From Heteronotia binoei (taxonomy: Eukaryota), in assembly GCF_032191835.1 (NCBI RefSeq), contig NC_083226.1, positions 51,708,001 to 51,772,000 of the forward strand: 64,000 bases of DNA, read 5' to 3'. A program made the translations under genes and the position numbers. The notes under the pieces are model-generated. The model was not told the DNA's origin. It ran no database searches and worked only from the letters and a program-made list of their open reading frames with translations. Positions within the stretch are counted from its first letter, which is position 1, and each line of letters starts with the position of its first letter. This document shows positions 50,930-63,175 of the stretch, piece by piece.

Positions 50930-51994
50930 CAGGGGTGGGGAACGTCCAGCCCAAGGGCCATTTACGGCCCTCAAGATCACTTGGTCTGGCCCTCGGGGAT
51001 TGCCAAGCCAAGCCACATGGCAGCCTCTCTGGGGCCCAGCTTGCTGGTGAGGATCATGGGGCCCAGCCACACTGTGCAGCAGCCTCCCCGGGGCCTAGCT
51101 GGCTGTCAGGGATTGCGGGGCGCAGCCATACTGTACAGTGGCCTACCTGGGGCCTGGCTAGCTGGCCAGGATCACTGGGGGACCTGGAAAAGTCACTGTC
51201 ACAGTTCAGGTAGGTTTCCCCTTCATTTCTTTATTTCCCTGTCTTTCTATTTATTTCCCCCATTTATTTGTTTCCCTTATTTCCCTTTCTTGCCCCATTT
51301 ATTTATTTCTTCCCCATTTATTTATTTTCCTTTATTACTCTTTCTTCCCTCCATTTCATTTCNNNNNNNNNNNNNNNNNNNNNNNNNNNNNNNNNNNNNN
51401 NNNNNNNNNNNNNNNNNNNNNNNNNNNNNNNNNNNNNNNNNNNNNNNNNNNNNNNNNNNNNNNNNNNNNNNNNNNNNNNNNNNNNNNNNNNNNNNNNNNN
51501 NNNNNNNNNNNNNNNNNNNNNNNNNNNNNNNNNNNNNNNNNNNGTGGGAATTGTAAAGGAGTGCTGCTGGGGTATGTGGGTGCCTTTAAAGGTCAGCTGG
51601 GAGCAGCTGCAGTTCTGCATGAAGGGAGGGGAGCAGGAGTGGCAGGAGTGGGATCCAGCTGCCACCAGTTCAATTTGCACTTGATTATTGGTGTGGCCTA
51701 ATACATTAATGAGTGTGTGACCTAATATACTAATATTAGGGGATGTAGTCTAATATGCTAATGAGTTCCTGCTGGGCTTTCCCTAGGGCAGTGGGCCATG
51801 TGTCTGTGTGTGCCAAATTAGGCTCTCCCGGTATGACTTCAAATAGAAAAACAATTATTTGCATTAATTTTGCTGGCTTGAATTGTTCTCCCTCAGCAGA
51901 GCACTGTTTTTTAAGCTGATCATTTTGTATGGTTCGCATATGATGTTATAAATATCAAAATGGCCCTTGGCAGAAGAAAGGTTCCCCACCCCTG
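50930..51994. mobile_element. Non-autonomous hAT element spanning a gap
   Basis: TIRs caggggtggggaac / gttccccacccctg; TSD cactaaag / cactaaaa. Confidence 0.8.
51363..51543. other. Assembly gap
   Basis: Run of N following a low-complexity (ttta/ttc) tract. Confidence 1.
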
Positions 51995-53578
51995 CACTAA
52001 AACATCACTGGATCCTATCCACTAAGTTGATATTTTTCGTATTGGGATCAATATACACATTGTGGTGCAGTTGCTAAAGCTTTGGATTTATACTGGGGAA
52101 ATCCACGTACAAACCATTACTTGGAGCCGAACTTCATGATATGTTTGGCCATGAGTCAGGCTGGGTTTCTCTCAGCCTAGCTAGCTTTCCCTACAACCCC
52201 ATGGCAGCTGCAGGAAACTTACTTCCTCAACTGCTGGAGGGAGTGGTTCGGATTGGTACCACAATGCTGGAGGAGGAGGAGCCCCCATCTTTGCCAGTGC
52301 CATTTGCCTGAACTGAAACAGTATGGGGGCTTTGTAGCAGGTCTGCATGTGCAGGATCCGGTGCATGTGCAGCCCCACAAAGGAACAAAAAGTTCCTGAT
52401 GGGGCCATTTCAGCTTTGGAAATGGTACCAGGGGAATGTTGGAACTCTTTCTCCCCAAACTGCAGTTGCTATCTGAATAGGGCCCAGCCATGCATTGGTA
52501 AATTCCCCTCAACTGCCATCTGGCTTGGCAAAAAATGAGTAGGGTCAGGGGAACCCTGACACAATTCAAACATATTGTGTAATTTGGCATCTAGCCATGA
52601 AGCTCACTGTGTGACCTTGAGCAAACTACCTTGAGCAAATTTAAAGTAATCTCACAGGGTTGTTGTAGGGTTAGAATGGAAAAACCTACCATGTATTATG
52701 AACTCCTTGGAAGGTGGGATACAAATAATGATCATAATATAAAAATTAAGATTTTTGTGTATCAGTGTTATCAATTTGCAGTTGCTTTCACCAAATATTT
52801 TCTGGCATTTCATTATCTTTGTTAAGGAAGTGCAAGATAAAAATTTAACTGCATAGAATCAATACAATTATCAATTTACTATTTTCTTATTTTTTGAGAG
52901 TATACATGAAGGATTTTTTTTGGAAAAAACTTTCTTATTGCACACTTTCCTTGCATTCAACATTTTTTCACCTCATTGGCTTAAGAATCCACAAGAATTA
53001 ATAACCTTTGAAAATTTGCTCCGGTTGGCAGCTTTAATAGACTTGTCTTGCTGATCCCCAGTTTCCACCCCCTCAAAACTAAAATCCACCCAAACTATAA
53101 ATCAAAAGCACTGAAATAAAGTATAGTTACACATCACAGAACCATAGTTTTATGGGAAGAACGTGGTCCAGGTAATTTTTAGAACAAATAATTGCATCTT
53201 ACTTAATGCTGTCCCGTGTACAAACTTTAAAGTGTTTAAAAAAAAAAAAAAAAAAGCTTGCAAAAGAATTGCTTAACTTTGGTTGGGATCTCTCTCTCTT
53301 GGTGTTGCTACTCTAAAATGGAGATGTGTATAGTTAAAGTAAACTTTAATACACATTTTGTGGAACTGTCATGTAAAGTAATCTTGATAGGATTAATAAC
53401 ATACCATTTCAACCCTTCCAGTCTGAAAGTCAATACCACAAATCGGTTGCCCTTTCACAGAGCTTCACCTGCAGGTCAGCTTCAGCAATAGGAATTTCTT
53501 TATTCAAAAAGTCTGGCAAAAGATTAAAATGTAGATGTAGGCTGAAATGTGAATTAATATACATAACCATTATCTAAT

Positions 53579-54099
53579 NNNNNNNNNNNNNNNNNNNNNN
53601 NNNNNNNNNNNNNNNNNNNNNNNNNNNNNNNNNNNNNNNNNNNNNNNNNNNNNNNNNNNNNNNNNNNNNNNNNNNNNNNNNNNNNNNNNNNNNNNNNNNN
53701 NNNNNNNNNNNNNNNNNNNNNNNNNNNNNNNNNNNNNNNNNNNNNNNNNNNNNNNNNNNNNNNNNNNNNNNNNNNNNNNNNNNNNNNNNNNNNNNNNNNN
53801 NNNNNNNNNNNNNNNNNNNNNNNNNNNNNNNNNNNNNNNNNNNNNNNNNNNNNNNNNNNNNNNNNNNNNNNNNNNNNNNNNNNNNNNNNNNNNNNNNNNN
53901 NNNNNNNNNNNNNNNNNNNNNNNNNNNNNNNNNNNNNNNNNNNNNNNNNNNNNNNNNNNNNNNNNNNNNNNNNNNNNNNNNNNNNNNNNNNNNNNNNNNN
54001 NNNNNNNNNNNNNNNNNNNNNNNNNNNNNNNNNNNNNNNNNNNNNNNNNNNNNNNNNNNNNNNNNNNNNNNNNNNNNNNNNNNNNNNNNNNNNNNNNNN
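53579..54099. other. Assembly gap
   Basis: Run of N. Confidence 1.
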
Positions 54100-55069
54100 T
54101 GAAATCATTTTTGCTCGTTAAAAGATCTGAAAATCACTCCACAGAATCTGTTGCCCTCATCAGCATTATACTAAAGTGCTCTTGCGTACCGCCTGTTGCA
54201 CATGAAAGATGGCTATTTGATTCCCAGCACAGTTGGGTTCCACTGTTTCAGACAGTAGGGCTGCATGGATTTAAGAGCACTTTCTAGTTGAGGAAGTGAA
54301 AGCCCTGAGGAAGAAGAGGTTGAAAAAGCATGCCGATGATGCCTTGCATTGATGGACAATCTTAGACTGGCCTTAACTTATTGAGGTCAGCCTAATCTAC
54401 AACTAATCAAACAAAGCAAGAAGTAGTAAATAATTTTCTTGAGTCAGAAGAGTGACTGTGCTGTTGTATTCCATGGGATAGCACTTGAGAGTTTAACAGG
54501 TTTTAAAACTCAGCAGTGGAATTTTTTCACAAATAATTATTTGAATTGCATATATCAAATTCTGAATGAGGAAGTTCACTGTTTATTTTTATTTGTTGGC
54601 AAGCCTTATGTTTTGCTATATACCTTGCTCCAATATTCAAATATGTTTTCTGGAAATGAGTTATAAAACAAAAATATGACTAACCAGGCTCTATAGTTAA
54701 GTAAAGGACACATTATTAGGAGGTGCATTTTAGGGCTGTGATGTGTTATGCCCACATGTTGTTAATAACCAATGACTACTACTGTACACCTTTCCACCTG
54801 TTCTATGAAATCCAAAAATAATTACAAGAAAACTTGGCAGGAATATTCTCTGATTTAGAGTGTGATGTAGTCATGAAATGGGTTTACAGTGTAATCCTAA
54901 ATATACACCCTTCTCATCCATTGAAGTAAATGAATTTAGAAAAAAATGTAACCTCTAGTGTTAAAATGTAATTTTTTTTAAATATAACGCTGAGCCTTAT
55001 ATATCCTGTTGACATGTAAGGGTTATAGGTGTTTGTCGGTTAAAATGGGCACACTTATGTAATGGAACA

Positions 55070-55345
55070 AAGAAGAAATGCTGATTTATACCCTGCCCTT
55101 CTCTCTGAATCAGAGACTCAGAGCGGCTTACAATCTCCTATATCTTCTCCCCCACAACAGACACCCTGTGAAGTGGGTGGGGCTGAGAGGCTCTCACAGC
55201 AGCTGTCCTTTCAAGGACAACCCCTATGAGATCTATGGCTAACCCAAGGCCATTTTAGCAGCTGCAAGTGGAGGAGTGGGGAATCAAACCTAGTTCTCCC
55301 AGATAAGAGTCCATGCACTTAGCCACTACACCAAACTGACTCTCA
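55070..55345 (-). mobile_element. Squam3-like SINE
   Basis: Very similar to the copy at ~31952-32227 (ctgccct.tctctctgaatcagagactcagagcggct variant). Confidence 0.9.
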
Positions 55346-56217
55346 GAAGGTTAGAAACCCTGACCTTTTCCACAGTAGCATTCGCTCCTCCCTTAGGCTT
55401 CTACTTTCCCTGACTCAAATGATTTATTCCCCACCAGTTGTTGTGCGGGCGCATTTTGACTCATGTCTCCCTCCAATTCTCCCCTCCCACATCTTCCTGA
55501 TCTTGTTTTTAAAAAATCAGGAAGATGCAGGAGGGAATTGGAGGGAGATGTGAGTCAAAATGCGCCCATGCAGCAATTGGTGGGGAATCCATTGTTTGAG
55601 CCGGGAAAGTAGAAGCCTGAGGGTGGAGCGACTACTACTGCAGAAAAGATTCCCTGATGTTTTGTAGCAATAAAGATAGCAAGCTAGGTGTGAAGTCATA
55701 GCTAGAGAGAAAATTTTAAGACATGTTCATATTTGGAAAGGATCAAACTGCAAAAAACCCCACACACATTAGCAAAAACAGGTTGCATTTTGCAAGGATG
55801 TTCCTTGCTGCCAGCAGAAACTACTGCTTTTCCTTTGGACCAGTGATTTATAATTTGAAGGAGAAAAATCCCACATCTCTCACTTTGATCATGTGAGTGG
55901 TTTAGTTTTTAATTTATGTCTCTGGCTACTTCAGCTTGCAGTCATCATTACAAGATGTACTGTAAGCCAAAATGCCCTCAAAAGAGGTTGAGGAATTAAC
56001 AGGTGGGCAACTTTGGCTCAAAAGGACCTAGAATCTATATATACAGGATTCGACTTCCAGAAATTCTTGCTAAATTTACAGAGGACACTAATTAATTAAA
56101 ACAATTATGATTTTATTACAGAAAATTATAGAACACACACATACAAGATATTGGATACATACAGCTCACATATAGACCTAATAAAAATAGAGAGAAATAT
56201 AAAGAGGTAACATAAGG

Positions 56218-57258
56218 ATGGACAAACAGGGTGATAATTGTTATCAATTGATAATCCACAAGATCCTCTTGTGGATCAAAAACTGGCTGAGTAATAGGAA
56301 GCAGAGAGTGAGTATAAATGGGCAGTCTTCGCAGTGGAGGACGGTAAGCAGTGGGGTGCCGCAGGGCTCGGTATTGGGTCCCATGCTCTTTAACTTGTTC
56401 ATAAATGATTTAGAGTTGGGAGTGAGCAGTGAAGTGGCCAAATTTGCGGATGACACTAAATTGTTCAGGGTGGTGAGAACCAGAGAGGATTGTGAGGAAC
56501 TCCAAAGGGATCTGTTGAGGCTGGGTGAGTGGGCGTCAACGTGGCAGATGCGGTTCAATGTGGCCAAGTGCAAAGTAATGCACATTGGGGCCAAGAATCC
56601 CAGCTACAAATACAAGTTGATGGGGTGTGAACTGGCAGAGACTGACCAAGAGAGAGATCTTGGGGTCGTGGTAGATAATTCACTGAAAATGTCAAGGCAG
56701 TGTGCGTTTGCAATAAAAAAGGCCAACGCCATGCTGGGAATTATTAGGAAGGGAATTGAAAACAAATCAGCCAGTATCATAATGCCCCTGTATAAATCGA
56801 TGGTGCGGTCTCATTTGGAGTACTGTGTGCAGTTCTGGTCGCCGCACCTCAAAAAGGATATTATAGCATTGGAGAAAGTTCAGAAAAGGGCAACTAGCAT
56901 GATTAAAGGGCTGGAACACCTTCCTTATGAAGAAAGGTTGAAACGCTTAGGGCTCTTTAGCTTGGAGAAACGTCGACTGAGGGGTGACATGATAGAGGTT
57001 TACAAGATAATGCATGGGATGGAGAAAGTAGAGAAAGAAGTACTTTTCTCCCTTTCTCACAATACGAGAACTCGTGGGCATTCGATGAAATTGCTGAGCA
57101 GACAGGTTAAAACGGATAAAAGGAAGTACTTCTTCACCCAAAGGGTGATTAACATGTGGAATTCACTGCCACAGGAGGTGGTGGCGGCCACAAGCATGGC
57201 CACCTTCAAGAGGGGGTTAGATAAAAATATGGAGCAGAGGTCCATCAGTGGCTATTAG
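56218..57258 (+). CDS. Chimeric 346-aa ORF: LTR-derived ATG plus junction filler plus CR1 ORF2 RT C-terminal half; expression unknown
   Basis: ORF track. Codons 1-7 come from the LTR, about 8 codons from filler, the rest from CR1 RT. It has no endonuclease or N-terminal RT subdomains. Confidence 0.35.
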   Translation: MDKQGDNCYQLIIHKILLWIKNWLSNRKQRVSINGQSSQWRTVSSGVPQGSVLGPMLFNLFINDLELGVSSEVAKFADDTKLFRVVRTREDCEELQRDLLRLGEWASTWQMRFNVAKCKVMHIGAKNPSYKYKLMGCELAETDQERDLGVVVDNSLKMSRQCAFAIKKANAMLGIIRKGIENKSASIIMPLYKSMVRSHLEYCVQFWSPHLKKDIIALEKVQKRATSMIKGLEHLPYEERLKRLGLFSLEKRRLRGDMIEVYKIMHGMEKVEKEVLFSLSHNTRTRGHSMKLLSRQVKTDKRKYFFTQRVINMWNSLPQEVVAATSMATFKRGLDKNMEQRSISGY

Positions 57259-57376
57259 CCACAGTGTGTATGTGTGTGTATATATATATATATTTGGCCG
57301 CTGTGTGACACAAAATGTTGGACTGGATGGGCCATTGGCCTGATCTAACATGGCTTCTCTTATGTTCTTATGTTCT
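56240..57376 (+). mobile_element. Young 5'-truncated CR1 LINE
   Basis: Uninterrupted RT with VPQGSVLGP and FADD motifs, 3' UTR and (ttatgttc)n tail; TSD taatt at 56235-56239 and 57377-57381; about 96% identical by eye to the copy at 21088-21696. Confidence 0.95.
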
Positions 57377-60300
57377 TAATTACTGATCATAGTCTTCGAG
57401 GAAGGCTCCAATGGCGACAAATGAGGGAGATGAGGGAGGGACCCTCAACTGATCAGGAATCCGGGGTGTATCTAAACAGCAGGACTGGGGTACTGTCAGA
57501 TTCACACCTGTGGGGAGTTGGGTCAGAGGTTATAAGGACTACCTTGAGCTCTTAGAGAGTAGGAGGTGCAGGGGCGGATGACAGGTGGTCAGCTGGTACA
57601 TGACCTCAGAGAAAGGGGAGGCTCCGCAATGACCATAAGGGCTGCACTTGTGCGGTGGCCAATGGCCAGTTTATTAGGGACACCTGATTGGATACCCACA
57701 TCCAGCCAATGAGCAGACCTGGCTCTTGTTACCTGATTGGGTTTCTGGGTAACAATGGGCAAGGGGGAGGCTCCATTGTGACAGTTAGGGCAGGGCAGGG
57801 CATGGGTGGAGGTATTGGGTGGAGGTGATTAAACAAGCTATACAAATTTATCTATAAGTGACAATAGAGGGTCAAATTGATGCCTAAGGTGACACGCGAT
57901 TTATACAATGACTATGGCTCTGAATGAAGCTGATCTTCCTCTTCTTTACTCCTCTACTGGCACCATCTTTTGTCTTGGATTCCATTGGACAAAAGCTTAG
58001 GCAGTCTGGCAGGATCCACGCCTAAGATAAGCTTAATTGCCTTATGCAGAAGTGACAGCTGTTAAGTACGTGAGCCTCTTGCTTCGCTGTCATGGAGTCT
58101 GGCAGTACAGGAAGATGGTTGCTGATGATGTTGGCCTACCAACATGGCTTTCATGGTCAAGGCTGGAAATCGTTTGCCCTGACAGTTCCTGGTGGTGCAA
58201 CTTCTTCCACTGCAACGGCAGAGATGGTGCATGCATGGAGCGGCTGGGGACCCATCTGTACTTCTGGCTAGTACTCTTCCAGAGATATAGAGTGCTGTCA
58301 TTATTCATATAAGTTTCTTATATTCTGGTAGATAAAACCCACGTTTCCTGGCAGATGTGTGTGAGTTGCTCTCCAGGCACCCTGGCAACCAAACGGGTGA
58401 TTACGATGTCTGTATATTACTGAAATTAAAGATCTTTTGCTCACAGTACTTGGCAACCCAAGTTTTGACCTATATGTATAAGTTCCACACTCTGATGATT
58501 CTAGCTATTGAGGTATCTTGGAATACATTTGTATGAAATTTTAGCCTTCTGTCTGTTGTGGAAATACTTTATGAATGTTGACATCCTAAAAGAGCAAGTT
58601 AAACTTAATATGAGCCATGTCTTAACTACTATTTTCAGCATTGGGGATAAGTGAAGCAAGACTAATGAGAAAGTGTCTCTGAGCATCTTAAGTGTCTGTT
58701 TCCCACACCAAGGAGGGTACTTGCCTCCACCCATCTGGCATTACAAAGCACAGCTTCTACGTATATATATTTATTTAGTACATTTTCATTCTGCCTTTCT
58801 CCAAGGAGCTCAGGACAGCCAACATCTAGTCCCCCTCCTCCATTTTACCCTAATAACACTGTGAGGGTGGTTATGGTAAAAGAAAGCCTTTGGTTACCCA
58901 GTAAGCTTCATGGCATAATGGGAATTCGACTCTGGGTTTCCTACATCCTAATCAAACATTCTAACCACTACACCAAAAAGGCTGTCTTTGTTTTCATAGA
59001 TGAAACTCATTTCCAGATCCTTTTCATCCTGATTTCCTGCCTAGTTTCTGTACTGAAATAGCCTTGCTTACTTTAGTTGATGACCTGAAATATATCCAAG
59101 GGAAGAGGACTCTTTAGTTTTAGCATTTTGCCTTGATTCTACCACCAATCATGTTATCTTCTGGACCTTCTGGCTATAATTATGCAGTGGTTTCAGGCCT
59201 TCTTGGAAGGCAGAGTCCAGCAGGTGGTGCTTGACTGCTATTCTATATGGCTTCTGGCCAGCAGGGTTCCATAAGCTTCTGCCTTGTCTTCTATGTTATT
59301 TATTTTTCCAGATGAATTCTGCCCCTTACGTTAATGCAGAGCCTGTCCTATAGTATCAGATCTCTATGAGAATATGTATTAAAAACTAAGGATTGTCTTA
59401 ACATCTTCTTACTTGCCATTCTGGTGGATGTATATAAGTTCCTAAGATGTGCTTTCAGAAGTACTCCAGTGCTGTTTTTTTTCCAATGTGACCCATTCAG
59501 GGCATCTGCATTGAGATGGCTTTTCTTGCTAGAGTCTGGCCTGGGCTGTAAGTTATCTTATTATATTGGAAAGGTCAGAGTCTCCAATCATTTTATGTGT
59601 GGTGTATGCAGGGCGTTTTTTGAGCAGGAACACAGAGGAACATAGTTCCAGCTGGCTTGATGTCAAGGGGTTTGTCCTAATATGCAAATGAGTTCCTGCC
59701 TTGGGCCACTCCTTCCCCCCCGATGAATGCAAAGAATATGGAATCCAAGTACTGAACATCAACTTATGTTTGGAATATGTACTGGAATTGCTCAGATAAT
59801 ACTTGCTAATCTTGGTACAGTATTGTTTAACATTAATTTACTCTCACAGGATTTGCATCAGTGACTGCCATCTGTACAAGTAAACTTTTATTAAATGTTG
59901 ATATTTGATGATAGAACGCCTTTGTCAAATAATTAAAGAAAGGCATAAAAATTGGACAGTTTCCTGTTTTACATGTAAGTCTTGGATACTAATCACAGCT
60001 TAGACAGAACTGCAAGAGCCCCCAAAGAATGATTTCTATATATGGCTCCTGGGAATATAGGGAGAGTGTATAAAGGGATTCCACATGTTGAGCTCTGTCA
60101 AACTAAGAAGATTATTTGAGCTTGATCAGACAAGCCCCATCTCAAGATTTAGAAGCTCTCCCCAGTGGATTAGCGGACTTCCTTCTACTGTCCCAAAACT
60201 TAGACAATTTTAAGGGAGTGTTTGAAAGCACACCAAAAAGTCCAGATGTACTTTTCAACAATAATGATGCTAAAAGGGGGATGGGGATGATTGAGTTGTA

Positions 60301-61645
60301 ATGTAGACCAGCCTCCGTCTAGGAGTTTGTCCCTATGAAAATTAAGCATTGTGAGTGGGTGAAGACCAAGTGGTGATTGTCATTCCCTGCTGGGAGAAGA
60401 AGCAGCCAAAAGAAAGATGTTTAAAATCCAAGTTAAGATATAGATCAGTCTTGCCATTACAGATGCATGTAAATGCCTTAGAGTAATGGGAAGAAAAAAA
60501 AATACCACTCCTTTAAATTCCGCATAAGAACTACATGTAAGGATCAGATTAAATTCAGCCTGCCAGATGCCTCTCAAAAACTCCCAGACTGGTCATTATG
60601 GAGACAGTCATTTATTTATTTTTTTCCACATCTGATAATCAGAGGATATGGAAATCTCATTTTTTAACTATAGTATTTAAAGAGCAGGTAATAGTACTAT
60701 CCTCCTCAGGGACTCGAGAGAGGCCAGGGTAAACTGTGCACTGGTTCATGAAAGCAAACATATTTATATGCATTCCTACACTGGGAAGCTTCAACCTCTA
60801 AGAGTATCACTTGCCCCTGACAACACCAAAAATGTAATCTTAATTCCCACTTCAAACACTGTTTACCACAGTACCAATCCTGTTTTCAGTTTTGTGGTTT
60901 TACTGAACCAAGGTGCAATCCCAGGGGAGGAAATACAAAAGGAGAGAAGTATAATCTCAAAACATCTCAGAAATTCTTGGTCCAAATTTAATTGAAGAAT
61001 GAACAAATTATCTTTTCTTTTCCATATATTTCTGGGTGATACCGTTTAGCAACTTTATTGAGAACCATTTGCAGGTTAGGATTTCAAATCCATTTCCCCC
61101 GAACAGTATGGAGACTGTTGTTTCCATCCAAAGGGCTGGTGTTAAAGATTCAAAATGATGATATTAAATCTCTGTCTTGCAAAGCAACATCCTTTATGAA
61201 ATGCAGCCAAGATACATTAAGAATGAACAACAGATAAGGGAGGAATTCGGCTATAACTCTTTCTGGAGGATTATGTTTAAGAACACTTGGAAAAGAAACT
61301 TGCATTTATGGTTGAACAAAGAAATAAGATCTCTTCCAAATTGCTGAAGGTACAAAACATTGCATTAAATCCATTAAAGTTTACATATGGGAGACATATG
61401 ACCACACCACCACTGGGCAGCAGCAAGGTGTGCAAAAAATGCAATTCTTTTCAGTCCATATGCTTGAAATGTGAAGCCAACTGAGCAATGTACATTATTG
61501 TTGTTGGTGCCAAAGCATCATCATTTTAATTTAAGTGGTCATTGGCACATGGAATGTTGATTCCTATTGTTATGACTGCAGGAATTAGTATAATCAGGAT
61601 TCATTATTGCTGTTATTATTCTTATTAGCTAACAACAGTGACTCC

Positions 61646-62005
61646 TAGGATTACCAACTTCCAGACGGGGCCTGGAGTCATCTCGGGATTACAATTGATC
61701 TCTATCAGGGGTCATTTTGTATAAAAATAGGTGGTGGAGCTCATCCAGGGATTGTTATGCAGCTGCACATACTATTCAATGGACAAGGAGGTGAAACTCT
61801 CAGTAGGAGGTGGAACTCTGAAAGGTTCATGAGCTGTGCTCCTGTGAGCTCCCACTGAATCCGAGGCCTGATCTCTATACTACAGAGATCAGTTTCCCCT
61901 GGAAACTGGGAGGGGGGAAGGGGGGGTGGAGTCTCAATCCCTACTGAATTTTCTCCCTTTACCAAAGTCTGCTCTCTTCAAGCTCTGCCTCCAAATCACC
62001 AGAAA
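61646..62005. mobile_element. TAGGGTTGCCA-family MITE containing a nested hAT MITE (61706-61870)
   Basis: The inner element has a perfect TSD atctctat (61698-61705 and 61871-61878); the outer body matches 10487-10675 and 38424-38634. Confidence 0.8.
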
Positions 62006-62008
62006 TTT

Positions 62009-63175
62009 TGTTATTGTTCAGTTGCACAGTCAATTCCGACTCTTTGCGACCCCATGGGCAAAGTCATGCCAGGCCCTCCTGTCTTCCACCATCCTCCAAA
62101 GTCTGCTCAAATTTGTGTTTGTTACATTAGTAACACTGTCCAGCCATCTCATCTTTTGCCATCCCCTTCTTCTTTTGCCTTATGTCTTTCCTAGCATCAG
62201 GATCTTCTCCAGTGAGTGCTCCCTTCTCATTTGGTGGCCAAAGTATTTGAGCTTCATCTTCAGCATCTGACCTTCCAGTGAACAGTCTGGGTTGATTTCC
62301 CTTAGGACTGACTGATTTGATCTTCTTGCAGTCCAAGGGACTCTCAAGAGTCTTCTCCAGCACCACATCTCAAAAGCATCTATTCTTCTGCGCTCTGCCT
62401 TCCTTATGGTCCAGCTCTCACAGCTATACATTACTACTGGGAATATTGCTTTGACTATACGGACTTTTGTTGTCAGGTGTCCTCTCAAGGAGCAAACATT
62501 TTTTGATTTCATGGCTACAGTCACCATCTGCAGTGATCTTGGATCCCAGAAATGTGAAGTCTGTCACTACTTCCATGTCTTCCTCTTCTATCTGCCAAGG
62601 TGTGATGGGGCTAGATGCCATGATCTTAGTTTTTTTGATGTTGAGTTTCAAGCCTACTTTTGTGCTCTCCTCTTTCACCCTCAACAAGAGGTTCTTTACG
62701 TCCTCCTTACTTTCTGCCATTAGAGTAGTGTTATCTGCATATCTGAGGTTGTTGATATTTTTTCCCGGCAATCTTAATTCCAGTTTCTGTTTCATCTAGG
62801 CCAGCATTCCGCATGGTGTAGTCTGCATATAAATTAAATAAGCAGGGTGACAATATACATTCTTATTGAACTCCTTTTCCTATTCTAAACCCAAGTTGTT
62901 CCATATCCCATTCTGACAGTTGCTTCTTGACCCTTATACAGGTTTCTCAGGAGGCATATGAGGTGGTCTGGTACTGCCATCTCTTTAAGAACTTGCCAGT
63001 TTGTTGTGATCCACACAATCAAAGGCTTTAGCATAGTCAATGAAGCAGAAATAGATGTTTTTCTGATACTCCCATGCTTTCTCCATAATCCATCAAATGT
63101 TTGCAATTTGATCTCTAGTTCCTCTATCTCTCTGAAACCCAGCTTGAACTTCTGGTAGTTCCTGATCTACATACT
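62009..63175 (-). mobile_element. RTE-BovB LINE, 3' ~1.2 kb, frameshifted
   Basis: NINNLRYADNTTLMAES...GLKLNIKKTKIMAS...FLGSKITADGDCSHEIK; VVMYSCESWTIRKAERRRIDAFEMWCWRRLLRVPWTARRSNQSVL; 3' end actgaacaataacaa. Confidence 0.92.

Larger units (their letters stand above)
55961..58445 (-). mobile_element. Solo LTR, copy 3, interrupted by CR1
   Basis: tgtaagccaaaatgccctc ... tgctcaca termini; TSD gtac at 55957-55960 and 58446-58449; LTR homology resumes after the CR1 at 57377. Confidence 0.9.

Noticed and set aside
46834-54108. ORFs containing long X runs (46834-47242, 50858-51684, 53554-54108)
   Set aside because: These are artefacts of translating through N gaps.
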